This document shows, one piece after another, positions 47,982 to 57,800 of a DNA stretch of 64,000 bases. A model generated the notes under the pieces. The model was not told the DNA's origin. It did not search any database and saw nothing but the letters and a program-made list of their open reading frames with translations. The DNA lies in assembly GCA_012521015.1 (NCBI GenBank), contig JAAYNE010000149.1:228-64227 (forward strand). The letters are read 5' to 3'. Numbering within the stretch: position 1 is the first letter of the stretch; the number at the start of each line of letters is the position of its first letter. The DNA is from Clostridiaceae bacterium. Lineage in GTDB: Bacteria; Bacillota; Clostridia; Saccharofermentanales; DTU023. The position numbers and the translations under genes are program-made.

Positions 47982-50900
47982 ATGTATTGCAGTAACTGTG
48001 GCTTTAAAAACGAAGAAGGAATTCGTATTTGCGCCAATTGTGGTCAGGAGTTGGACCCGGAGGTGCTACAGCCGGATCCTGAGCAAGTAGGTATGCCACT
48101 AAGACAGGAAGAACAGGGAACATTGGAGGTTCCCGCCCAGGCTCCTCCGCCGCAGGTTTCTGAGCCAAAAGTATCAGCCCCTGCGGAAACACATTCAGGT
48201 CAAGCACCGACTCAACAGCCAGGACAACCTCCTGCCTGGGCAGGTCAGCAGGTAGCTCCGTCCCCAGGTCAGTCCTTTCCCAACCAAACATTATCTCAAC
48301 AGGGAGGACAGATAGCCCCCCAGGTTCCTGACCAAGGTATGCCCCCGACCCAAGCTTTTCCCGGACAGGTAGCGTCACCGCCTTGGGTCGGTCAAGTAGC
48401 AGCCCCGCCAGCCAAAAAGAAAAAGAAAAAGAAGGGCCTAGTCATCACTCTGATTATTGTTGGTGTATTAGCCCTGCTAATTGCCGGCTTCCTTGTATAT
48501 TCACTACCCCTGAAAACAGATATTATCCTAGCTGGTACACGGCAGACCACGAATGGTAATATTGACGGTCTGTCCTTGTCGGTGGAGACTAACCAGTGGA
48601 TTACAGAGGTCCGTTATGCCTTGGATCCCGATAATCCTGAGGATCCCAATGCCTATAGAGTCCTGGCAAATGTCGAAGGCGGCATCTTCAGCAAGAAAGT
48701 TAACCTGCCCAAGCTCAGCTTAGACAAGGCTATAAATGAGTCGTCAAAAGAACGGGGACCCTGGCAGCGCTCAGATAATAATGCCAAACTTGGCAACCAT
48801 ACCCTGTACATCACTGTAAAAACTATGTTTGGTACCTCTGAACCTCAAGCTTTCAACCTTCTCTATGCCTCAGGTATTTCTGCACTACCAGATCGATCCA
48901 AAATTAGAAAGATCGAAGATAGTGAAATAGTTACGGAAGCCCTAATTAATGAGCTGCTGGTATCAATCGATATGGGTGCGGATCGATCAGTAGCTGAAAA
49001 CTTGGCTGCAGAAACAGGTGGCGAGATAGTCGGTGAAATACCAGTAATTTCCCGCTACCAAATCCGTTATGACAATGCTAGTGAAGAGGAGATAGCCGAT
49101 ATCTTAGAAGATTTACTGGCTAGACCGGAGGTTCTGACTGCCCAATACAATTATGTTTATGACCGGTCTGAGATTCAGCTTTATCCAAATGATGCCCTCT
49201 TAGATCCCTGGGATATTGAAAATCCCGATGGTAATAACTGGGGTCTCGAAGTTATCCGCGCCCCCCTCATCTGGAATGACCTTGAGTCCTTTACGCCTAT
49301 TTCCGTTGGTATTGCTGATGGTGGCCTTGAATACGACCACGAAGACCTAAGTGTTGACCGGTCGAACATCTTCTTTTTCCCCACATATACCATGGAAAGT
49401 CTCGATGACATAGAGCTGTTCTACGCAAAATCGGACAAGTCCCCGGGATCTGTCTACTATGATCGTAAGGAGCATGGAACCCATGTTACAGGCATTATTT
49501 CAGCGATAGGTAACAATGGCATCGGTTGCACAGGTGTCAATTGGCAAACGGAGCCTTACTTCTTCCACTACTGGCATATGGACGTGAACGAAGATACAGG
49601 AGAGTTAGACCTTTGGAATGAGACGACCTCCTTTGAACTTGAGGTAACACTAACTACCCTCGTTGAACAGGGCTGCCGCATAATTAACTATAGCGTTGGT
49701 GAGAATGTACCGTCGGCACCAGGTAGCAAACACGAGTACATTGAGACGCAGGCTTACGGTGACCTTTGCCTCCGCCTGGAAAGCTTGGGTTACGATTTCC
49801 TCGTTTTTAAAGCGGCCGGCAATGAGGCAGAAGATGCCTCGGCCTTTGAAATGAATAGGATCATGACCGGTACCGATGCAGCTCGCCGCCATACGGTCAT
49901 CGTCGGTGCCATTGAGAATACGCCGATTGGATATGATGAGGGTGTAGATGAGCGAATTAAGTACGCGTACCAGCTCAGCGGCTATTCGAACTATGGCAGC
50001 ATCGTTGATGTGGCTGCCCCCGGCACAGACGTCTTTAGCACAGTACCAAATAATGAGTATGTGAACATGCCGGGCACTTCAATGGCCTCACCAATGGCTG
50101 CCGGTGTTGCCTCCTTAATATATGGTGCCCATCCAGAGTATACTGCCTCTCAAGTCAAGGCCATCTTAAAGGAAGAAACGGATACCTTTACTACAGATGG
50201 CAATTACCTTATTCCCGTCGTCAATGCGGCGCTAGCCTCGGACTATGCTAAGACAAGAGATTTGCCGCAGGTACCACCGGGAGAAATCATTCCTGATCCC
50301 AGGCAGACGCCATACCCCGGACCTCCTACACCCAATCCGCCGGGGCAATCTGGTCCGGTAGAAATTGAATTGCCAGATCATACACCCTTCAATCTGGAAG
50401 AGGGACAAGGTGGATTAGCCGGTCTAGTCTACGATGAAGAAACAGAAAACCCGGTAGCTCTCTTTAGTGTCTACTTTACCGGTCTGGATGGGGAAATGGT
50501 CACGCTTGATTACGCTTATCCCTACCCTGAAACCTATGATGCCCAGCTGATGGGAGAGTTCTTCACTCGCATACCGGCTGAGTCAGGGCAGGAAGTGGTA
50601 ATTACGAACCTTGTGATAGAGGCTCCGGGTTACAATGTATATGAGGGACCCACCATCTCGGTGCGTGGTGGTGAAGTGACGAGTCTTGGTACCATCTATC
50701 TCAAACGGACAGAGGAGTCAGCGATACCAGAGCCCGAGCCAAAACCGATCACGGATCCTAAGCCTGTTAAGCCTGATCCTGGTGATGGCACGATCAACAT
50801 ACCGGGACACACCCCCTATACTCCACAAGAAGGCAAGGGTGGCTACACCGGCTTTGTCTACGATGCTGTGACGAAGCAGCCCCTATCCTCTTTCCGCATT

Positions 50901-52067
50901 GAGAACAATTCCAACCTGAAAGGTAAGCCGGGTGGTAATAAATCTTATGAGTGGTCTGATTTGGACAATTGCTATACCACGAGTAAGTTGGCCAAGATCA
51001 AGGGGGAGTTTATCTTCTGGACAAACATGTTTGGGGCACAGACGGGTACGAAGCAGGGCTTTGACATTGCGGCTGATGGCTATGAGACTTACCACGTACC
51101 ACCATTTACTGTTGAGGAACGTGCTGTTACAGATCTTGGTATTATTTACATGATACCCGTGAGTGCTAGCGAATCCTCGCCCCTGGAGCCGCAGCCTGTC
51201 AAGCCCGACCCGGGCAGTGACGTAATAAACATACCGGGACATACCCCCTTCTGCCCGGAAGAAAGTGAGTGTGGCTTTACCGGCTTCGTCTACGATGCCG
51301 TGACGAAGCAGCCCATATCCTCATTCCGCTTTGAGGGTCTGATCTGGCTAAATGATGAGCCGGCTGGTGTTGTACCCTTTGATTGGCCCTACCCAAGTGA
51401 CTTTTACGCAAAGATTGAGGGAGAGTTTATCTACTGGTTATACATGTTGGAGAAGACGGATACGGTGCAATCTTTTGATATTGCAGCTGATGGCTATGAG
51501 ACTTACCACGTGCCGGCCTTCTCTGTTGAGGAACGTGCCGTTACAGACCTGGGTGTTATTTACATGACACCCAAGGGTGCCAGCCAGTCACCACCTTTGG
51601 AGGCAGGGCAGGTATCTGTCACATTAAACTGGGGTGCACAGCCTGCGGACCTGGATTTACATGCTACAGCTCCCCTGACTGATGGTGCCAAAAAATTTCA
51701 CATCTTTGCCCATGACACTTACGCTTCCTTTGGCAAGGCAGGCGACCCGGACGCCGAGTTGACATCAGCCAGTGACAGTGGCAATGGACCAGAGAATATT
51801 GTGATTTTCCGACCGAAGAAAGGTGTGGCCTATACTTTCTATGTCCATGACTTTACCAATACTGCCAAGAAGAGTGATGCTTGGGCCCTGAGTAAGTCAG
51901 GAGCTGAGGTAAAAATTTCAATAGGTGACTCGCCACCTACTACCTTGAAGGTGCCCAACAAAGAGGGTACACTCTGGAAAGTCTGCACGATAAAGGATGG
52001 TAAAATTAGCTCTAGCGAAGATATTAGTTACGAGGGTCGACCCTTAAACATTGGTGCTTCAGAATGA
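47982..52067 (+). CDS. Membrane-anchored subtilisin-like (S8) serine peptidase with an N-terminal zinc ribbon, three ~144-aa repeat domains and a C-terminal DLDLH-motif domain
   Basis: 1361 aa with a GGAGCGG-type SD. The N-terminus is MYCSNCGF...CANCGQEL, followed by a P/Q-rich linker, a K7 patch and a TM helix. The S8 triad context is IADGG...DHEDL, HGTHVTGIISA and GTSMASPMAAGVA. DNA repeats lie at 50763-51194 and 51195-~51600, with a divergent copy at ~50330-50762. It is markedly GC-richer than its flanks. Confidence 0.85.
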   Translation: MYCSNCGFKNEEGIRICANCGQELDPEVLQPDPEQVGMPLRQEEQGTLEVPAQAPPPQVSEPKVSAPAETHSGQAPTQQPGQPPAWAGQQVAPSPGQSFPNQTLSQQGGQIAPQVPDQGMPPTQAFPGQVASPPWVGQVAAPPAKKKKKKKGLVITLIIVGVLALLIAGFLVYSLPLKTDIILAGTRQTTNGNIDGLSLSVETNQWITEVRYALDPDNPEDPNAYRVLANVEGGIFSKKVNLPKLSLDKAINESSKERGPWQRSDNNAKLGNHTLYITVKTMFGTSEPQAFNLLYASGISALPDRSKIRKIEDSEIVTEALINELLVSIDMGADRSVAENLAAETGGEIVGEIPVISRYQIRYDNASEEEIADILEDLLARPEVLTAQYNYVYDRSEIQLYPNDALLDPWDIENPDGNNWGLEVIRAPLIWNDLESFTPISVGIADGGLEYDHEDLSVDRSNIFFFPTYTMESLDDIELFYAKSDKSPGSVYYDRKEHGTHVTGIISAIGNNGIGCTGVNWQTEPYFFHYWHMDVNEDTGELDLWNETTSFELEVTLTTLVEQGCRIINYSVGENVPSAPGSKHEYIETQAYGDLCLRLESLGYDFLVFKAAGNEAEDASAFEMNRIMTGTDAARRHTVIVGAIENTPIGYDEGVDERIKYAYQLSGYSNYGSIVDVAAPGTDVFSTVPNNEYVNMPGTSMASPMAAGVASLIYGAHPEYTASQVKAILKEETDTFTTDGNYLIPVVNAALASDYAKTRDLPQVPPGEIIPDPRQTPYPGPPTPNPPGQSGPVEIELPDHTPFNLEEGQGGLAGLVYDEETENPVALFSVYFTGLDGEMVTLDYAYPYPETYDAQLMGEFFTRIPAESGQEVVITNLVIEAPGYNVYEGPTISVRGGEVTSLGTIYLKRTEESAIPEPEPKPITDPKPVKPDPGDGTINIPGHTPYTPQEGKGGYTGFVYDAVTKQPLSSFRIENNSNLKGKPGGNKSYEWSDLDNCYTTSKLAKIKGEFIFWTNMFGAQTGTKQGFDIAADGYETYHVPPFTVEERAVTDLGIIYMIPVSASESSPLEPQPVKPDPGSDVINIPGHTPFCPEESECGFTGFVYDAVTKQPISSFRFEGLIWLNDEPAGVVPFDWPYPSDFYAKIEGEFIYWLYMLEKTDTVQSFDIAADGYETYHVPAFSVEERAVTDLGVIYMTPKGASQSPPLEAGQVSVTLNWGAQPADLDLHATAPLTDGAKKFHIFAHDTYASFGKAGDPDAELTSASDSGNGPENIVIFRPKKGVAYTFYVHDFTNTAKKSDAWALSKSGAEVKISIGDSPPTTLKVPNKEGTLWKVCTIKDGKISSSEDISYEGRPLNIGASE

Positions 52068-52171
52068 GGCGAGGTGTTAAAGGTTAACAATGCATTAGAT
52101 TTTGCACCAAATATAATGATTAATAATATATGATCTAAAAATTTTATAATTTATGTTTCGAAGGAATCGAG

Positions 52172-52567
52172 ATGGATATTTTTGAATTAGTGAAACAGGT
52201 TAGTCAAATGAAAATTGCAGATGCTTTTAGCGAACTGAAATCTCAAGCGGAATTCTTACTGTATAGTCAATCTGAAGCGCCATATTTTCTACAACCCGAA
52301 GGCAAAATTTATACGATATATGAACATGATTTCAGTTTTTCATCAGGTGATGTGATAACATACACTGCCAAAGTGGGAGAACCGGCTGCTGCAAATGGTA
52401 ATTGGGATGTTTTCTATTGTGTTGAAGATGATTGGTATCGTTATAAAAATCAAAAATTTATTTTACATAGAACAAGTCGTAATGAGATTCCGAGCATAAG
52501 TTATGATGAAGTTTCGAAAATGAAGCGTGATATAATTCCGGCTGAAGATGCGGATGTTTTTCAATAA
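52172..52567 (+). CDS. Hypothetical protein
   Basis: 131-aa ORF with backbone-like codon usage. It overlaps the start of the downstream methyltransferase ORF. No motif was recognised. Confidence 0.4.
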   Translation: MDIFELVKQVSQMKIADAFSELKSQAEFLLYSQSEAPYFLQPEGKIYTIYEHDFSFSSGDVITYTAKVGEPAAANGNWDVFYCVEDDWYRYKNQKFILHRTSRNEIPSISYDEVSKMKRDIIPAEDADVFQ

Positions 52568-53843
52568 GATATATTTACCGACTCTTTTAGGAGTTGAAGC
52601 ACTGACTTCATCCGAACTGCAAGATCTGGGTTATGCCAAAAGTCAAATTACGGTTGATGACGGTGAAGTAACTTTACATCTTGATTCAAATCAAGATGCC
52701 GCAAATTCCATTGCAGAACTGAATTTCAATTTACGTACTGCAGAAAGAGTCCTCTTGGGTTTGGCTGAATTCGATGCAGATAATTTCGATCAACTGTATG
52801 ACAAAACTTTTAATTTGCCTTGGCATGAATGGGTCGATTATAAATATTATTTAGAAATAATTGGTTATTCCCGGAAGTCCAGATTACATAGTATTCCAAC
52901 ATGTCAAAAAATTATCAAAAAGGCATTAACAGATAAACTAGATTTGATCTACGGATATCCGAACGGTGTAGTTCCTGAAGATCGAGGAATGGGTAATTAT
53001 CGTATTCAGTTTTCGATCATTAATGATAAAGTAAAAATTCGTCTTGATACTTCGGGTGAACCCTTACATAAAAGAGGTTATAGACCTGTTACGCATGAAG
53101 CTCCTTTACGGGAAACATTAGCGGCGGCGATTCTAATGGTTTCTTTTTATAAACGCAATCTAAAAAACGGTGAGGTTTTATACGATCCGTTCTGCGGCAG
53201 CGGAACGTTTTTAATTGAAGCTGCTTTAATTGCAAGCGATACTGCTCCCGGAATTCAAAGGCATTTTGCCGGAGAAGAATATCGTATAATCGGCAAAAAA
53301 GTTTTTGCTCGAGCTAGAGAATTGGCCAAAGAAAAATCTTTAATCTATAATTCTGATTTATTAAACGAAGTGCAACTACGTGATCTTAAATCTGACATAA
53401 CTTCATCTCAAACTTCGTCATATATTTATCCGGGTTCAGCACCTAGGATTTTCGGTTCAGATATTTCTTCAGACAGCATAAAATTAGCAAAAGAAAATGC
53501 GAAAAGAGCCGGAGTAGACGATTTAATCCATTTCGAAAAACAAGATATTTATCAATTGAAGAGAGCAAATTTACTTAAAAAATTTTCAACTGACCGAATC
53601 TTATTTGTAGCTAATCCGCCCTACGGTGAACGTTTAGCAGATCAAGAGGAGGCCAAGAATTTAGCAAATCAATTGTGCAAATTATGCTTGAATGAAAAAC
53701 GCTCTATTGCTCGTGGAACAAGACTGTCTGTACTGACTTCAGATGATTATTTTGAAAAAATTATGGGTTTCAAAGCAAATCGTCGCAGAAAATTATATAA
53801 TGGCGGAATTCGCTGCACTCTATTTCATTATTTTAATTTTTAA
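52548..53843 (+). CDS. THUMP-domain class I SAM-dependent RNA methyltransferase (RlmL/YpsC-like)
   Basis: 431 aa. It has motif I DPFCGSGTFLIEAA and motif IV NPPYGERL, with an N-terminal THUMP-like region. Confidence 0.8.
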   Translation: MRMFFNKIYLPTLLGVEALTSSELQDLGYAKSQITVDDGEVTLHLDSNQDAANSIAELNFNLRTAERVLLGLAEFDADNFDQLYDKTFNLPWHEWVDYKYYLEIIGYSRKSRLHSIPTCQKIIKKALTDKLDLIYGYPNGVVPEDRGMGNYRIQFSIINDKVKIRLDTSGEPLHKRGYRPVTHEAPLRETLAAAILMVSFYKRNLKNGEVLYDPFCGSGTFLIEAALIASDTAPGIQRHFAGEEYRIIGKKVFARARELAKEKSLIYNSDLLNEVQLRDLKSDITSSQTSSYIYPGSAPRIFGSDISSDSIKLAKENAKRAGVDDLIHFEKQDIYQLKRANLLKKFSTDRILFVANPPYGERLADQEEAKNLANQLCKLCLNEKRSIARGTRLSVLTSDDYFEKIMGFKANRRRKLYNGGIRCTLFHYFNF

Positions 53844-54424
53844 ATAAAATTTCTTTAAGTACAATAATAAAAATTTACTTCAAATGTAGAAATAAAAATT
53901 GCTTCAAGATGTTATGATGACCCTAAGGTTGTTCTCCCCACATGGACACTCAATTTTTTGCACATGACTAAAAAACAACACAAAGCTTGAAAACATCGTT
54001 TTTATTATTATGCAAAAAAATATGTTTGTTTTACGAAATTTATAATGTATAAAATTGAATTAATTGAAATCAAGGCTTTCGCGATACTTAAAATAGTCAA
54101 ATGTTGTCTTAATAGTTATACACAAAGTTATTAACATTATTAACATTTTTGTGAATAGCTGAATACTTCTCATTGTTGAATAAAAATCTGTCAGTAAAGG
54201 AACAATTGTATTAATTTATTGTTAGTTAAAAAAATCTTATATGTTTACTAGGAGCTAACACAATAACTTTTGCCAAGGTTTTTGTTATCTTTTAGAAGAT
54301 CAGGATTGATAAATAAAATTTCTTTTATAGTAGAAATAAAATAGAAAAAATAAAATTGTATGTAAGATAAGTTGCTTAAAGATTTAAATTGAAAAATAAT
54401 AAAACACATAAGAATTAAGTTACC

Positions 54425-54453
54425 TTGACAATAACCTTAATCATCGGCATAAT
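54425..54453 (+). promoter_or_regulatory. Sigma-70-like promoter candidate in the long adhesin upstream region
   Basis: TTGACA (54425-54430), a 17-nt spacer, then CATAAT (54448-54453). It lies about 350 nt upstream of the adhesin start. Confidence 0.3.
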
Positions 54454-54806
54454 CGTTGGTACCACTTGCAATAGCAAAGATGGTAAAATGAAAGCTCTAT
54501 ATTACATATTGCTGATCGTCTATACAAACTGCTTTTAGATCCTCAAGAGCGACAATGTATAGCAGCCCGTAAAGCTAATTGCCTGTTAAAGGCTTTTAGA
54601 TAGAAGTAAAAAAACGTATTTAGATTAATCATCTAAACAACATTTCAAAAATAAATTCAAATTAAATCAATTCAATTAAGCAAGTTAAGATTTTAAATTT
54701 TGACTTGCTTTTTTGATGTCTGGAAAGAAGGTGAAGGGAATTAAAAAGTTAAACCAAGAAGTATTTACAGCCAGAAAAAACAAACTAACAAACAAAGGAG
54801 AATTTT

Positions 54807-57800
54807 ATGACGAATACTAAAGCGAAAAAGGAAAGTAGGCTATTAATACTTATCTTAGTTTTAATCATGGCTTTTAGCATGATTCCTGTTATTTCAAGTT
54901 CGAAAGTAAAAGCTGCTCCGCCTGCAATATCTACAGGTCATAGCAAAGGTAGTTATACACTTACTACAAGTGGCGATCAAAGAAGTATACTGCAAATGAA
55001 TCTGACCGATGAAGCAATGTCCGATTTGAGACAGATTTATGGTGCAAATGCAACTTTTTTAACTAATGGCGGTATATATCAACCACAGACATATGATATT
55101 TATATGGATGGAAAGATTGCTTTTTGTGCTAATCCGACTGTCTTAGCCGGAACAACATATACCGATAAAGTAACGATTAGTGCTACAGAAATTAATAACC
55201 GAAACTATCAACAATTTTTTGGTACTTATGCCAACCAACGTTATCCTGTACATTACTTAAAGGAGAAGATAGTTAATTATTATGGTAACGAGCAAACGCT
55301 AATTGATCATGCAGCTATTGCTTTTTTGTCCGGTATTATTCAGCAACCAAGTGTATCTAATACAATAACACAGGAATTAATTGATAGTTGGAAAACAGAA
55401 AGACCGGGTGAAGATTTAGCGGATGTAATTACTGTAGCTGAGTTAAAGGCTATAACTAACGCTTTCTTTTTCAGCTGGTATTATTCATTTGATGCCGAGA
55501 TAACGAGAGCCACCGGTGGATCAGTTACAACTTTTGCCTCATCGGATGTAATTAATTCATTTTTGAATTTTTATAACTTTGTTTATTCAAAGATTGCGGA
55601 CGGTACGATTAAATTGTTAAACCCTAAAGTCAATATTTATTACACACCGGATACTCCCAGTACAGTACCTGTTGGATCTAATGTGCAAGTAGTTCATGCT
55701 ATTTCCGGCAGTTTAAAAATTGAAGAAAGAGGAAGTATAAAACTTTTAAAAACATCAACAGACACGACCATAACAAGTGGAAATAACTGTTATGACTTAA
55801 CCGGTACAGAGTTCACGGTTTATGAAGACGAAGCATTAACCAAAGTAACAGGAAAACTAACTGTTAAAGCAGACGGTACGTCTAATGTCTTAGAAGATCT
55901 TAAAGCCGGCACTTACTATGCAAAAGAAACCAAAACCGGTAAAGGCTATTTTTTTGATCCGAAAACTTATACGATAAAAGCAGAACCAAATGAAACAGCG
56001 GAGCTCATCGTAGCCAATCGACCGATGGATAACCCGGTTTCCGTTCTGTTAAGAAAAGAAGATATCAATAACAAAGTCCCTTTAGCTTTAGCAGAATTCA
56101 CAGTTAAATTCTATGGCGGAAATTATACAGACAACGTTGATCCTGCAACTTTAGGAGCAATCCCAACCAGAACATGGGTATTAAGGACGGACGGAAATGG
56201 AGTTGTGAATTTTAGAAGAGGACAAGAAAACTTTACATTTAACGGCCAATCTTATCACTATAAAGTGTCCGGTGATGATTTTTATTTAGATCCAACCGGT
56301 ACACCTACACTTCCTCTCGGTACAGTGACTATCCAGGAAACCAAAGCACCGAAAGATTACATAATCAACAGTGAAGTCTTTGTCAGAAAGATTAAACAAG
56401 CAATGAATGATACAGAGCTGTTAGATAGAGTTGAAACATTTAATTCACCTACTATACCTAATGTGCCAATCCCAGGTAAACTTCAAGTGGTAAAAGCATC
56501 GGCCAATAAGGATATGACGGATAACAACTCCAAATATAGCTTTACAGGTATTGAATACGGTTTATTTAAGACAAAAGCTGATGCTAAAGCAAGGGATAAT
56601 AAAATTGGTACATTTACTCTAAAAGCAGATGGAACATCAAATATCATAGATAATTTGACTCCTGCTACCTACTATGTAATTGAAACCCAAACCGGTGGCG
56701 GTTATGTTTTAGACGATACGGTTCATACGGTTAATGTATTAGGCAAACATTTGGTTACAGTCAATGTGATGAACACGGTAGACATAGCTCAATCTGCACC
56801 GGTGGATGTTTTAATTCAAAAAGTAGACAGCGAAACAGGTCAAGCAATACCGCAGGGAGATGCAAGTTTAGCCGGAGCGGAATTCAGAGTAAATTACTAT
56901 AAAGATGAACATACTTTAGGTACAGTACCGACAGTAGAACCGGATGCGACATGGATTATTACTACTGATGCAACAGGGAAAGCAAGTATGGCAAGTGCCA
57001 GAGGTAGTAATCTGTTTAAAAACAGTAAAGGTGAAACGGTTATTCCTTTAGGCTATGTCACCATACAAGAAATCACTGCACCCGAAGGCTATTTAATCAA
57101 CAATAAATTGATATCCTATAAAGTTGATTCAGCAGGTACAAGAGAAACGATAAACGTTTTACAAAACTTAACTGCTGAACAAATAAAGTTTGATGAAGAA
57201 ATTATTAAAGCACCGTTCAGTTTAAGAAAAGTCATGACAGCCGGCGAACAATCTGAAGTCGTAGACGTGGAAGTTGATACGGTATTTGTAGCGATTGCGA
57301 ACAAGCATGTTTTGAAATACGGTTCCTTTGAAGAAGCATTAAAACATACAACCGAATATGCTCCAAGCGAATGGGATAGACTGGTTACAGATCAAAACGG
57401 CAATGCTACATCTAAACCTTTAGCTTATGGTTTATACCAGATAGCACAAACCGAAGGTCAAGATGAAACAAGTTTACTAAAAAGACCATTTACCTTTGAA
57501 GTCAAATCAACAAATCAGGAGATTGTCGAATATACAGTAAACAATGTTCCTGCAAGATATCCTGTGCGTATCGTGAAAAAAGATGCTGTAACCGGAGAGA
57601 ATGTAATATTGAATTCGGCAAGCTTTAAGATCAAAGATAAAACTACTAGTGAATATATTAAACAAAAAGTCGGTTCTAAATGGTATGACACGTTTATGAC
57701 TACAGCTGAGAAGCAAGGTGACATCTTACCGGGTACATTCTATGTACCGACCGAAGATGACGGTACAACAGTCACACCTCTTAAAGTGAAGCCGGGTACA

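Noticed and set aside
48004-51567. Several 60-124-aa ORFs on both strands inside the S8 protease gene
   Set aside because: High GC content keeps alternative frames open. All lie inside a long ORF with clear S8 motifs.
52103-52109. attR-like direct repeat of the tRNA-Arg 3' end at the right island border
   Set aside because: Only 7 nt (tgcacca) match, which is well within chance. No longer repeat of the tRNA 3' end was seen anywhere in the island.
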